Positions 20,326 through 29,277 of a DNA stretch of 64,000 bases are shown in pieces. The stretch comes from an uncultured Nitrospiraceae bacterium (GTDB lineage Bacteria > Nitrospirota > Nitrospiria > Nitrospirales > Nitrospiraceae). The translations under genes and the position numbers were made by a program. The stretch spans positions 640,001-704,000 of the forward strand of contig CAVSTP010000004.1 in assembly GCA_963730935.1 (NCBI GenBank), read 5' to 3'. Within the stretch, counting starts at the first letter, position 1. Every line of letters begins with the position of its first letter. Below the pieces are notes generated by a model. That model was not told the DNA's origin and searched no databases. It saw only the letters and a program-made list of their open reading frames with translations.

Positions 20326-20955
20326 CTAGGTGCCGGCAGGGGCATCTTCCATGGGATCGGCGTAAACTGCTCGCCAGCGATTCAACCCTAGCATTCCCTC
20401 TCCGTAAGGGATCACAGTCACCTGACTTCGATGCTCCGCGATGGCCAGTCTTTTTTTCTCTACATAGGCGTCGATGTATTCGATTCGATCCCATCTTGCG
20501 AACGGACCCCAGACCTCGTACGCCCAGGCGCCTCCGCTTAGCGCGAGACCAGATTCACCCATACTATCTCTCACCAGACTGCCCGCCTGACGGTGGGCCG
20601 TATGCCGATCGAGCTCTTCGTGAAGCGTATAGATCTCAGTAGTCTTAATGTGAGTCATGAGCTCAATCAGTTTTCGCCTGACTGCCTTGACATCGACCTC
20701 GTCCGACGCGTCAGGCTGCGCGCAGAAGATCACGTCCTTCACACCCAAGACCTCCGCTGCCCGCAGCGCCTCAGCCCGCCGCACTTCAGCCATTCGTTGC
20801 TCGGTCCAGCCGAAGGGGTTCGACGCCCGGCCACCGTCTGTCACGATGAGAGAAGTAATCTCGGCTCCTTCCTCAACCAGTTTGGCAACGGTGCCTCCCA
20901 TGCCGATTTCCATGTCATCGGGGTGCGCGCTGACAATGAGAATTTTTCGACTCAT
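20326..20955 (-). CDS. PIG-L/LmbE family deacetylase
   Basis: SAHPDDME, RRAEA, HTAH and HRSQ motifs. Confidence 0.88.
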   Translation of the reverse strand: MSRKILIVSAHPDDMEIGMGGTVAKLVEEGAEITSLIVTDGGRASNPFGWTEQRMAEVRRAEALRAAEVLGVKDVIFCAQPDASDEVDVKAVRRKLIELMTHIKTTEIYTLHEELDRHTAHRQAGSLVRDSMGESGLALSGGAWAYEVWGPFARWDRIEYIDAYVEKKRLAIAEHRSQVTVIPYGEGMLGLNRWRAVYADPMEDAPAGT

Positions 20956-21028
20956 AGGCTGGATGAATGAGATGTGCCCATTCTACGTTTACGAAGGAAC
21001 CGAGTCCATCGCACAAATGGAAGAGGCT

Positions 21029-21122
21029 GCGAGCAGGTTCGATGGTCCGTTCAGCGAAGCTTCAACGGACCGAGTTGCGGAGCCGAGTAGATGTAGATGC
21101 TCCCTCCAAGCTTGCTCGTTTC
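21029..21122. repeat. Composite intergenic repeat (modules B + A)
   Basis: GTCCGTT/AACGGAC hairpin module followed by TGCTCCCTCCAAGCTTGCTCG. Confidence 0.8.
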
Positions 21123-21157
21123 CTTCTTTCCTCAGTGACTGACGGCGTGTCCCGAAA

Positions 21158-21351
21158 GGGATGCCTTCGCGTTTTGTGAACGTTACCGGAGGCCCGAGGA
21201 TCCATCAGGCTGAGCCGGGAAGGAAAACTGGAACTGACCGAAGAATCACGGTTGGTACAACCGCGTCTGAGAAAATTCCAGAAGGCTTCCACCCGGCGAA
21301 GCCCCAATGGATCGGGCCGGGAGGTACATGAACAAAACGCGAAGGCATCCC
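21158..21351. repeat. Long imperfect palindrome, module D copy 1
   Basis: Perfect 20-bp terminal inverted repeat GGGATGCCTTCGCGTTTTGT / ACAAAACGCGAAGGCATCCC with nested stems; homologous to 23989-24167. Confidence 0.85.
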
Positions 21352-21409
21352 ATCACAAATTTCAAATTCCAAAAAGACCTCCTCACATTTTTCTGGTACT
21401 CTTCCCCCC

Positions 21410-22264
21410 ATGCCTCCCCGCTCCAACCTTCGCTCCCCTCGCCGCCGACGGTCACGCCGCCCCTTTACCCTGAAGAAGCAGTGGCGCTTCATCCGTTGGC
21501 GCTGGCGCGAGGGGCGAGCCTTCGTGCGCGCCCTCTCGGCCGCTCATCTCGCCGTGAGCATTCCCGTCACAATCGTGCTGGTTCTCATAGTCTGGCTTGG
21601 CGTCAATTGGACCTACCACGTCATCAGAAAACCGAGCGAAGTACTATTCCCCTTGGACAGCGCGTTCGACAAAAATTTTGCTGAGACCTGGCGGGAGTAC
21701 GGCCCGCTCTTTCGCGAACATGCCACGGCCGTCATCACTCCCGAATTGCTCGCCGCGCTGGCCCAGGTCGAAGGGAGCGGCAACCCCATCGCCAGAACGT
21801 ACTGGCGCTGGCGCGCGTCGTGGAATCCTCTCGAATGGTATCAGCCAGCTTCAAGTGCGGTAGGCATGTATCAGATCACGTCCGGTACGTTTCAGGCTGC
21901 CAGGCGCTATTGCATTCACGATCATGTTGTTGCGGAGGACGGTCCCTGGCACGATGTCCGGTCATGCTGGTTCAATCGTCTCTACACGCGCGTGCTGCCC
22001 AGTCATGCGATCGAGCTGACGGCCGCTCTCCTCGACCGTCAGGTCGCGCAGGCGATCGGGACCCGATCAGGCGCGACATTGCAAAAGAAGCAGGATCTCG
22101 CCGCGATCATTCACCTGTGCGGGTCCTCGGCCGGGCACGCCTACTCCGCGAGCGGGTTCAAACTCGTTCCCCGGCAGCACTGCGGTGATCACGACGTACA
22201 GACTTACCTTCGGAAGGTTAATCAGGCCAAACAGCAGTTCACCAGGCTGGCAGGACGCGCTTGA
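21410..22264 (+). CDS. Lytic transglycosylase (SLT)-domain membrane protein
   Basis: N-terminal TM segment, LAALAQVEG (catalytic Glu) and AVGMYQIT. Confidence 0.75.
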   Translation: MPPRSNLRSPRRRRSRRPFTLKKQWRFIRWRWREGRAFVRALSAAHLAVSIPVTIVLVLIVWLGVNWTYHVIRKPSEVLFPLDSAFDKNFAETWREYGPLFREHATAVITPELLAALAQVEGSGNPIARTYWRWRASWNPLEWYQPASSAVGMYQITSGTFQAARRYCIHDHVVAEDGPWHDVRSCWFNRLYTRVLPSHAIELTAALLDRQVAQAIGTRSGATLQKKQDLAAIIHLCGSSAGHAYSASGFKLVPRQHCGDHDVQTYLRKVNQAKQQFTRLAGRA

Positions 22265-22409
22265 ACCGTAACATGAGATTGATGTTTTAGGGGGAAACAC
22301 GCGAATACGTGCAGAGAATTCGTTTCTGCTGGTCGGCTAGCCCCCACCCCGCTTCTTGTGATAACCTGAGACTACACTCGCCGGTTCGACCGTAAGGCAA
22401 TCACAACCG

Positions 22410-23264
22410 ATGAAGATCATCCGCGCAGGTCGACTCCTGCTCATCACCGTTCTGTTCGTATCGCTGGCCTTTGCCGGGTGCGTGGCCACGACATTGGTGT
22501 ATAACCATGCCGATTGGCTGATCGCGCGTCAGATCGACGGCTACTTCGATCTCAACCGTTCGCAAAAAAGGTTTCTCTCGTCGCGGTTGAGCGACATTCT
22601 GAGCCATCATCGTCACGAAGCGCTGCCCCGCTATGAATCGGTGCTGCACCAGGCCAGAGACCGCGCACAGGACGGGCTGACTCCAGACGACCTCGACTGG
22701 GCCTTCCTCCAATACGATCAGCTGAGAGTCGATCTCTTTGCTCGCTTCGTGTCCGATGGAACGGAATTCGTCCGCCAGGTCAACGATCCCCAGGTCAGCC
22801 GGTTGAAGAAAGCGTTGCAGAGCCACTTGGCGCAGGCGGAAGCCCTGCTTCAAGATGATGTCGCCGTACGCCTGACCAAGCGTACGGAGCGAATCCTCGG
22901 CTTGGCCAGAGAATGGCTGGGGCCGCTCTCGATGCAGCAGGAACAGGAGATCACCCGCCTGACGATGAACTTTCCCGATACGTTGCCCTTCTGGTATGCC
23001 CACCAGAAGCACCGTCATGAGCAACTCGTGGCGTTGATCGAATCTCGAAAAAGCGATCAGACGGCCGCGCGGCTTGAGGATTGGTTGGTCAACCAGGACA
23101 AAGACGCAGATCCACAGTTCGCCGAGATGATGAAGCAGCTGCGCCGCCACATTACAGGTCTGGCAATCAGCCTCGATCGCTCCGCCACCGCGGCACAGCG
23201 TCGGCACTTCCTCTCCAAGGTGGACGAACTTGCGGCCACCGTCCGGCGTCTGCAAGCCGCCTAG
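22410..23264 (+). CDS. DUF6279-like lipoprotein
   Basis: Lipobox FAGC, YNHADWL..IDGYFDL..Q and HRHEALPRY. Confidence 0.7.
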   Translation: MKIIRAGRLLLITVLFVSLAFAGCVATTLVYNHADWLIARQIDGYFDLNRSQKRFLSSRLSDILSHHRHEALPRYESVLHQARDRAQDGLTPDDLDWAFLQYDQLRVDLFARFVSDGTEFVRQVNDPQVSRLKKALQSHLAQAEALLQDDVAVRLTKRTERILGLAREWLGPLSMQQEQEITRLTMNFPDTLPFWYAHQKHRHEQLVALIESRKSDQTAARLEDWLVNQDKDADPQFAEMMKQLRRHITGLAISLDRSATAAQRRHFLSKVDELAATVRRLQAA

Positions 23265-23494
23265 ATCTTCAATCCCCGACCAGCTGGCCCGTCTCCGGAT
23301 CGATCCCGGCGAACATCGTGCGGGGCTGGCCGCCGATGGGGCCGATCTGGCTGGACGCCGCTCGACGGCGGCGGTTAGCGCTTCGGTCTTCTCAACAGCA
23401 CCCCTACCGCGGCTTCGCGCACCCTGTTATCGCTGTCGCTGTCGGCGACCCTCGTCAGGGCCGGCTAGATAGGGCGCCTCGAGCGCTCAGGTGA

Positions 23495-23956
23495 CTATCC
23501 TATCCGCTGTTCAAGCTCATCGATCAAGACCCGTTGGCCGGGAAGAAGCTTCCGTCTCGCCAGCGCAACGTCGCACCAGAGTGCGCGATCGACTTCTGGA
23601 AAACTTTGCACGCGTCCCGACTCTGGGGGCCATTCCATAGAAAAGCTGTTGCTGCGGATGGACGCGGCATCGAGATCCCCTTCGACCGCCCATGCCCGGA
23701 TAATTTTTCCGCTTGGCTGCTTGGCCGGCGGCAACTCGACGCAAGACCCGCTCAGTTCCGCTCCGGTCTCTTCAGCAAATTCCCGTTTCGCCACCGACAG
23801 CGGATCTTCACCTTCGACATACTCCCCCTTCGGAATCGACCAGGCACCGTCGTCTTTCTTGGCCCAGAACGGACCGCCGGGATGGACGAGCAACACTTCG
23901 ATTCCCGTTTCACGCCTCCGATAGAGGACAATTCCCGCACTCAGCTTTGCAGCCAT
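23495..23956 (-). CDS. NUDIX hydrolase
   Basis: HPGGPFW, WSIPKGE, AKREFAEETG and FPEVDR; start moved to MAAKLSAG. Confidence 0.88.
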   Translation of the reverse strand: MAAKLSAGIVLYRRRETGIEVLLVHPGGPFWAKKDDGAWSIPKGEYVEGEDPLSVAKREFAEETGAELSGSCVELPPAKQPSGKIIRAWAVEGDLDAASIRSNSFSMEWPPESGRVQSFPEVDRALWCDVALARRKLLPGQRVLIDELEQRIG

Positions 23957-23988
23957 CCGTGATGTATCACTTTCTACAACAAGGCTAC

Positions 23989-24167
23989 CTTGGCCTTCGC
24001 GAACGTTACCGGAGGAGCGAGGTATCCACCGGGCTGAGCCGGGAAGGAAAACTGGAACTGACCGAAGCACCGCGGTTGTGAACAACCGCGGCTGAGAGAA
24101 TTCCAGAAGGCCTTCCGCCCGGCGAAGCCCGAAAGGATCGCTCCGGGAGGACGTGAGCGAGGTCAAG
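23989..24167. repeat. Long imperfect palindrome, module D copy 2
   Basis: Nested stems GGAGCGA/TCGCTCC, CGGGCT/AGCCCG, GCCGGG/CCCGGC, CTGGAA/TTCCAG and CCGCGGTTG/CAACCGCGG. Confidence 0.85.
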
Positions 24168-24184
24168 ACAGCCGTTCTCCCCTC

Positions 24185-24610
24185 CTAGCCTTCCAGCTTG
24201 GCATTCATCTCGATGGTCGTATTCAACAATTTTGAGATCGGGCAGCCGGTTTTTGCTGCCTGCGCGGCCTTGTCCCATGCCGCCTGATCTGCTTTTGGCA
24301 CACGTCCTTTGACATCGAGAAGGATGTGCGTCACCGCCCAGCCCGCCTCAAGTTTGTCCAAGGTCACCGTGGCCTTCGTCTCTAGTTTCTCTGGCGTCAA
24401 TCCGGCATTGCCCAACTGCGCGGAAAGCGCCATAGTGAAACAGCTAGCGTGGGCGGCGGCAATCAATTCCTCCGGATTGGTGCCTTTCCCGTTTTCAAAG
24501 CGCGTCCCGAAGGAATACTGCTGGTTGGTCAACACCCCGCTGTCACTCGACACCGTTCCTTTGCCACTTTTCAAATCGCCTTGCCAGACCGCCGATCCTG
24601 AACGTTTCAT
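24185..24610 (-). CDS. osmC: OsmC family peroxiredoxin
   Basis: GTNPEELIAAAHASCF and CPISK. Confidence 0.93.
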   Translation of the reverse strand: MKRSGSAVWQGDLKSGKGTVSSDSGVLTNQQYSFGTRFENGKGTNPEELIAAAHASCFTMALSAQLGNAGLTPEKLETKATVTLDKLEAGWAVTHILLDVKGRVPKADQAAWDKAAQAAKTGCPISKLLNTTIEMNAKLEG

Positions 24611-24687
24611 GGGTCCCTCCAGTTAGAATGATCGTACGATGCAATCGTCGGCGCCAATCTACGCCGGCGAGGGTTAGACGGCCCGTA

Positions 24688-25242
24688 TTATGGACCATGC
24701 ACGTCTGGCCGTGGGTCTGGGACAAACCCGTGACGGTTCGGCATCTGGACCGCCGGAAGCGTCGCCGAATCGATCACAGCATTCTCGGCGATGATACCGT
24801 TTTGATGGAGCAGCCAGGCGGTCACAGAATACACTTCGTCCGGCGTCAGGGATTGCGGCGCATCAAGGGGCATGGCGCGGTGAATGTAATCGTAGAGGGT
24901 TGTTGCATAAGGCCAATAGCTTCCGATGGTTTTTACCGGGGCGGTCGTGGTCAGGCTGTGTTGGCCGCCGACCAACCGGTCCATCGGGCCTTCGGTTCCG
25001 GATGCGCCGTGACACCTCGCGCATTTCGCAGCATAGACTGTAGCGCCCTGAGGGACAGTGCCTCGGCCCGGCGGCAACCCTTCGCCGCTCGGAGCGACAT
25101 CGATATTCCAGAGACGAATGTCTTCGGCCGTCGCCGGTTGTCCCAACCCCAGGTGGGCCGGTTCTTCCTCTGCCGGACGATTCGTCATCACACAGCCGGC
25201 TAACAGCGCCAGTATCAGGCTTAGCGTGCCATGCTTACGCAT
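24688..25242 (-). CDS. Monoheme cytochrome c lipoprotein (SoxD/SorB-like)
   Basis: Lipobox LAGC, CARCH, KTIGSYWPYATTLYDYI and MPNR; overlaps the soxC stop. Confidence 0.85.
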   Translation of the reverse strand: MRKHGTLSLILALLAGCVMTNRPAEEEPAHLGLGQPATAEDIRLWNIDVAPSGEGLPPGRGTVPQGATVYAAKCARCHGASGTEGPMDRLVGGQHSLTTTAPVKTIGSYWPYATTLYDYIHRAMPLDAPQSLTPDEVYSVTAWLLHQNGIIAENAVIDSATLPAVQMPNRHGFVPDPRPDVHGP

Positions 25243-26521
25243 GGATGTTTCGCACTCGTCCATCCCGGTCGACTTTCCAGCTTTGGATGCCATTATAGTG
25301 GTAGCTCGATTGGGAACCACGGACCTTGATCAGCGCATCCCGGGACGGTTGCCGGTATCCTGTTTGGTCCACGCACCGGCTTTGGAGCACCGTCTCCTCG
25401 CCATTCCAGGTCCAGGGGATACGAAATCTTGTGTGGCACTTGGACAGCACGGGTTCCTGCAGTTCCGCGGTGCGCCAAGTTCGCCCCCCGTCCACTGTCA
25501 CCTCGACCTTCACGACCCGTCCCCTTCCGCTCCAAGCTAAACCGCGAATCTCCTGAAAGCCGGGACGGATCTGCTGGCGCCCTGACGGACTCGTAATCAC
25601 CGATTTGGCTTCCATGACCAGGCTGAATTGATAGGCGGTGCCATTGGGCATGAGATCGGTATATTTCGAGGTCTCCCAGCGTGTCATGAAGGGTGTCGAC
25701 CCCACCTTCAGGCGGCGAAGCCATTTGATGTTGATGTTGCCCTCGAAACCAGGAAGAAGGAGACGGACCGGATAGCCCTGCTCCGGCCGCAAGGCTTCCC
25801 CGTTTTGCCCGTAGCACACCATGGCGTCTGAGAGAACCTCACCCGTCAGTGGCACGCTTCTGTTCAACCCGGCGGCGTCGCCGCCTTCTGCTAGCACCCA
25901 TGCTGCCTCCGGTTTCAGCCCCGCCGCCTCCAACAGGGTGGCGAGTTTGACGCCCGTCCACTCGCTGGTGCTCGTCAGGCCATGCAATTCCTGAACGGTG
26001 TGATCTTGCGCGTCGCGCCACTCATGACGGCTGTTTCCGGCGCATTCGATGAACGCCAGCCGAGAGACCGACGGGAAGCGCTGTAAGTCGTCGAGCGTGA
26101 AGAGCACCGGCCGCGCGACCAGGCCATGAAGTAGGAGTCGATGCCGCGAGGGATCGATCGCCGGCACGCCGTTATGGTGTCGTTCGAAGTGCAGGGATGA
26201 AGGTGTCACGATGCCGTGAAGGTCCTGGAGCGGTGTGAGGGAATGGGATTCTCCAGCGGATCTGCTCGCCGACTCGAACGTGGACCGCTGGCCATAGGAC
26301 CGCGCCGGCGAGCCGGGAACCAGCATGGGGTCGGAACCTAGATCCGCAGCGAAGGACGTTGCCTTCGGCAATAGCAGCGCCGAGGAACTCAGGGCGATCA
26401 GCGATGCGCCGCCCGTGAGGAAATGCCGGCGGCCGATGGTCCGTGCAAGGCCGCCTGAAGCCTTTCCAGCTTCGGACGCCGAGGACCGGTCCGCCTTCTC
26501 CCGATCGCCTTTTCTCTTCAT
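25235..26521 (-). CDS. soxC: Molybdopterin sulfite dehydrogenase (SoxC/SorA family)
   Basis: Tat motif RRHFL, HFERHH, FIECAGN, EQGYPVRL and IKWLRRL. Confidence 0.85.
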   Translation of the reverse strand: MKRKGDREKADRSSASEAGKASGGLARTIGRRHFLTGGASLIALSSSALLLPKATSFAADLGSDPMLVPGSPARSYGQRSTFESASRSAGESHSLTPLQDLHGIVTPSSLHFERHHNGVPAIDPSRHRLLLHGLVARPVLFTLDDLQRFPSVSRLAFIECAGNSRHEWRDAQDHTVQELHGLTSTSEWTGVKLATLLEAAGLKPEAAWVLAEGGDAAGLNRSVPLTGEVLSDAMVCYGQNGEALRPEQGYPVRLLLPGFEGNINIKWLRRLKVGSTPFMTRWETSKYTDLMPNGTAYQFSLVMEAKSVITSPSGRQQIRPGFQEIRGLAWSGRGRVVKVEVTVDGGRTWRTAELQEPVLSKCHTRFRIPWTWNGEETVLQSRCVDQTGYRQPSRDALIKVRGSQSSYHYNGIQSWKVDRDGRVRNIHA

Positions 26522-26524
26522 GGA

Positions 26525-27538
26525 TTATTTGTATCCGACCACCATGCCATCGGGCCCGGTCAGCGCCTCGACCTTCGTCCGGCTGAAGCCGGCCTCCTTC
26601 ATCCACTTGCGGCAATCGGCACCGGTAAAATCAAACCCTCCGTGTGTTTCGATAAGCATGTTCAGACTCATCAGAAGGCCGAAGGCGTTGGTCTTTCGCT
26701 CATCGTCGATCAACGCTTCATGCACGATGAGCGCACCCTTCGGCGGCAGGGCCGCATAGGCCTTGCGCAGCAGCATCATCTTGTCGTCGAGATTCCAGTC
26801 GTGAAGGATATGGCCCATGATGATCACGTCTGCCTGCGGCATGGATTCTTTGAAAAAATCGCCCGGCACGAATCGCAGGCGCGAGTCCACGCCCCGCGCC
26901 TTGGCATAGGCTTCGAAGACTGGTTGCACCACGGGCAGGTCCATGCCCATGCCGGTGAGGTGTTTATGGGCCAGCGCCATCTCGACGGCCACCCCGCCCT
27001 GTGCGCAGCCGACGTCCACGAAGGTACGGTATTGTTTCCAGGGAAATTTCTTGGCGATGACCCTGGCGGAGCCGAGACTGAGACCGGTCATGGCCTTGAG
27101 GAACCCTTCAAGCCGTTGAGGGTCCGCATAGAGCGTCCCGAAAAAGTCTTCGCCTGTCTTGGCCTCGTTCTGCGCCTTTCCGGTGCGCAGCCCTTCCGTC
27201 AACGAACCCCAAAACCGGTAGAGACGGGTATTGGCCATTTCCAGGATGCCGCCCACATAGGAGGATTTGTTGCGGTCCAGAAACAGCGCCGTTTCCGGGG
27301 TATTGGCATAGCGCGTCCCTGTTCGCTTGAGCATGCCCAAGGCCACGAGCGCGTCGAAGAAGTCCCGTGCACTTCGCGGGTGCAATCCCAGCTGCAGCCT
27401 CAGCGTCTCGGCATCGCGTGGTCCAAGCGCCAAGACGGTGAAGAGTCCTAACTCAATGGCGCTCAGCAGGGTCTTTGAACCCAAAAATCCGACGCCCAGC
27501 TGCATGATCTTCGCGGGAGAGAGGGCTCGCTTTGCCAT
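26525..27538 (-). CDS. SAM-dependent O-methyltransferase (acetylserotonin O-MT family)
   Basis: Dimerisation domain, [12 protein letters not shown] and HILHDW. Confidence 0.88.
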   Translation of the reverse strand: MAKRALSPAKIMQLGVGFLGSKTLLSAIELGLFTVLALGPRDAETLRLQLGLHPRSARDFFDALVALGMLKRTGTRYANTPETALFLDRNKSSYVGGILEMANTRLYRFWGSLTEGLRTGKAQNEAKTGEDFFGTLYADPQRLEGFLKAMTGLSLGSARVIAKKFPWKQYRTFVDVGCAQGGVAVEMALAHKHLTGMGMDLPVVQPVFEAYAKARGVDSRLRFVPGDFFKESMPQADVIIMGHILHDWNLDDKMMLLRKAYAALPPKGALIVHEALIDDERKTNAFGLLMSLNMLIETHGGFDFTGADCRKWMKEAGFSRTKVEALTGPDGMVVGYK

Positions 27539-27647
27539 AGCCACGTCCTTTCTTCAGCCAGCAGTACGGACAGGCTACGCATGCCACCGGAAGGTGTCAA
27601 CGGGGTCGAGAAGACGAAGGTGAGATCACAGGGAGGATCGAATAGCA

Positions 27648-27672
27648 CCGGCGGGAGGTCTGCCCCCGCCGG
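27648..27672. terminator. GC-rich hairpin after the globin gene
   Basis: CCGGCGGG / CCCGCCGG inverted repeat with a weak U-tract. Confidence 0.35.
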
Positions 27673-27684
27673 ACAGGGCCCCAT

Positions 27685-28125
27685 CTATTTCTTTTCCACG
27701 ATGTCGGCCTTCATCGGCCCAAGCACGGCGAGCAGTTCATCCTTCTCTACCTTCCCGACCTTGTGATGGTCCAGCGCCGCGAGCAGATCTTCCACTAAGG
27801 CGCCGAAAGCAGCATCGGTTACCCCCATTCCGGCATGGGTCTGTTTCATCGTCCGGCCGGTATATTTGCACGGACCGCCGCTGGCCTCGCAAATCTGATT
27901 GACCAAATGCATCTTGAGCTTCGTGAGATCAGTGCTTGCAAAATACACGTTGATCCGCTTGTCTCCACCGACTTTTGCGACGAACGTGTCGACCACGGCG
28001 GTAATCGAGTCCTTGCCGCCAAGCCGCTCATACAGTGACTTCCCTTTGGAGCCCTCTGCCCAGGCAGCTCCCGTTGACACCAGCACGCTCAAGACCACGA
28101 CGATGATGATTCTCTTCCCCATCAT
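27685..28125 (-). CDS. Group 1 truncated hemoglobin with signal peptide
   Basis: SLYERLGG, GGPCKYTGR.M..TH (proximal His) and an N-terminal Sec signal. Confidence 0.9.
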   Translation of the reverse strand: MMGKRIIIVVVLSVLVSTGAAWAEGSKGKSLYERLGGKDSITAVVDTFVAKVGGDKRINVYFASTDLTKLKMHLVNQICEASGGPCKYTGRTMKQTHAGMGVTDAAFGALVEDLLAALDHHKVGKVEKDELLAVLGPMKADIVEKK

Positions 28126-28173
28126 GCCCTCCTTCTCGTGATGACCATGGACGCCTAGGACCTGATTGCTCGG

Positions 28174-28428
28174 TTACGCCGTCAATGGAACAATGAAGCC
28201 GCCCGACTCATGAAACTGCCGCTGTTGCTGTTCGCTGAACATCACCAACGGCTCTGCATGGCAAAACTGGCATTCCTCCGCCGTCACGGAGACGGCCGCA
28301 TACCCCTGGGAGGCGACATACTCATTGGCCAACCTCAATGCCGTCGCCTCATCGCTGGTCATGACATCGAAGTGAAGCATGCGATCCGAAGCCTTCACCC
28401 AGGTATCGAACACTCTGACGGTATGCAT
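28174..28428 (-). CDS. DUF2024 family protein
   Basis: VFDTWV, HFDV and CQFCH.E motifs. Confidence 0.75.
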   Translation of the reverse strand: MHTVRVFDTWVKASDRMLHFDVMTSDEATALRLANEYVASQGYAAVSVTAEECQFCHAEPLVMFSEQQQRQFHESGGFIVPLTA

Positions 28429-28611
28429 GAGAACCTCCATTAGTAAGGATTCCTATTTAACTAGCAGACCGCCGTCCTGTCGTCAAGCCCCTGCGTAGGA
28501 GGGGTGAGGTGCGTTGAACGGCATCGTCCGAGGGCTCCTCCCAGGCAATCCATCCAAGCGGATGGGCTAGGATGCCGCACACTGGGCTCACCTCTGCCAG
28601 GAGCTGATGTG

Positions 28612-29269
28612 ATGGTGAACCGTCTAAGCGGGATGCTGCGGGTAGCGGTGTGTTGTATCTTCCTCACCGCCTGCGGAGGCACGAAGGAAAGGCCGATCCA
28701 ATACATTTATCTCGCGCCTGGCGCCAGCGATGCGACCGGCGTCGGTGCTCTGCCGTTGATGGGAGGCTATGTGTATCTGATCGCCCGTGAACTCGACCGA
28801 GAGCTTCACGGGGTGTTCCTGGTCAATCTGGGCGTTCAAAGAACAGGCCCGCGTGGCGAAACAGCTCGGGACGAAAGCCGAACTGGTGACGCTCTGGACG
28901 GGTGCCAACGATCTCGTGAACGGGGACGACCCGAAACAATTTCAACAGGAATTGCGCGGGCTGCTCGGCATAGTGAAAGAAGATATTTCGCGCACGATCG
29001 TCGTAGCCAATCTACCCGATTTGATGATGCTCCCTCGCTTCCGAACGAGTCCAAGTCCGTCCGTCACTCGGGCACGCATCGAGGCCTTCAATCGCGTGAT
29101 CGCCGAGGAAACCCGCTCGGCCGGTGGTGCACTGGTCGACCTGCACGCGAGTCCCGTTCGCGACGATCTCGTCTTTGACGTGGACGGGTTTCATCCCAAT
29201 AACGCGGGCCATCAGGAGATCTCGAGACAGTTCTTGCAGGTAATTCTCCCCAAGGTGCATCGAGGATGA
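28612..29269 (+). pseudogene. SGNH/GDSL hydrolase lipoprotein, frameshifted near 28837
   Basis: Lipobox, GASDATG and NLGV lie in one frame; GAND and DGFHP lie in another. Confidence 0.75.
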
Positions 29270-29277
29270 GGAGCGGA

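Noticed and set aside
21158..21351. 6S RNA identity for the long hairpin
   Set aside because: The size is similar, but there are two nearby copies embedded in other repeats and no recognisable 6S features; it cannot be called without an Rfam search
23957..24166. N-terminal extension of the NUDIX ORF and similar short ORFs at 21062-21492
   Set aside because: These are translations of the palindromic repeat, not supported coding sequence
19001..24167. Integron attC array
   Set aside because: The hairpins lack paired RYYYAAC...GTTRRRY ends, the enclosed genes are in mixed orientation, and there is no integrase in the window
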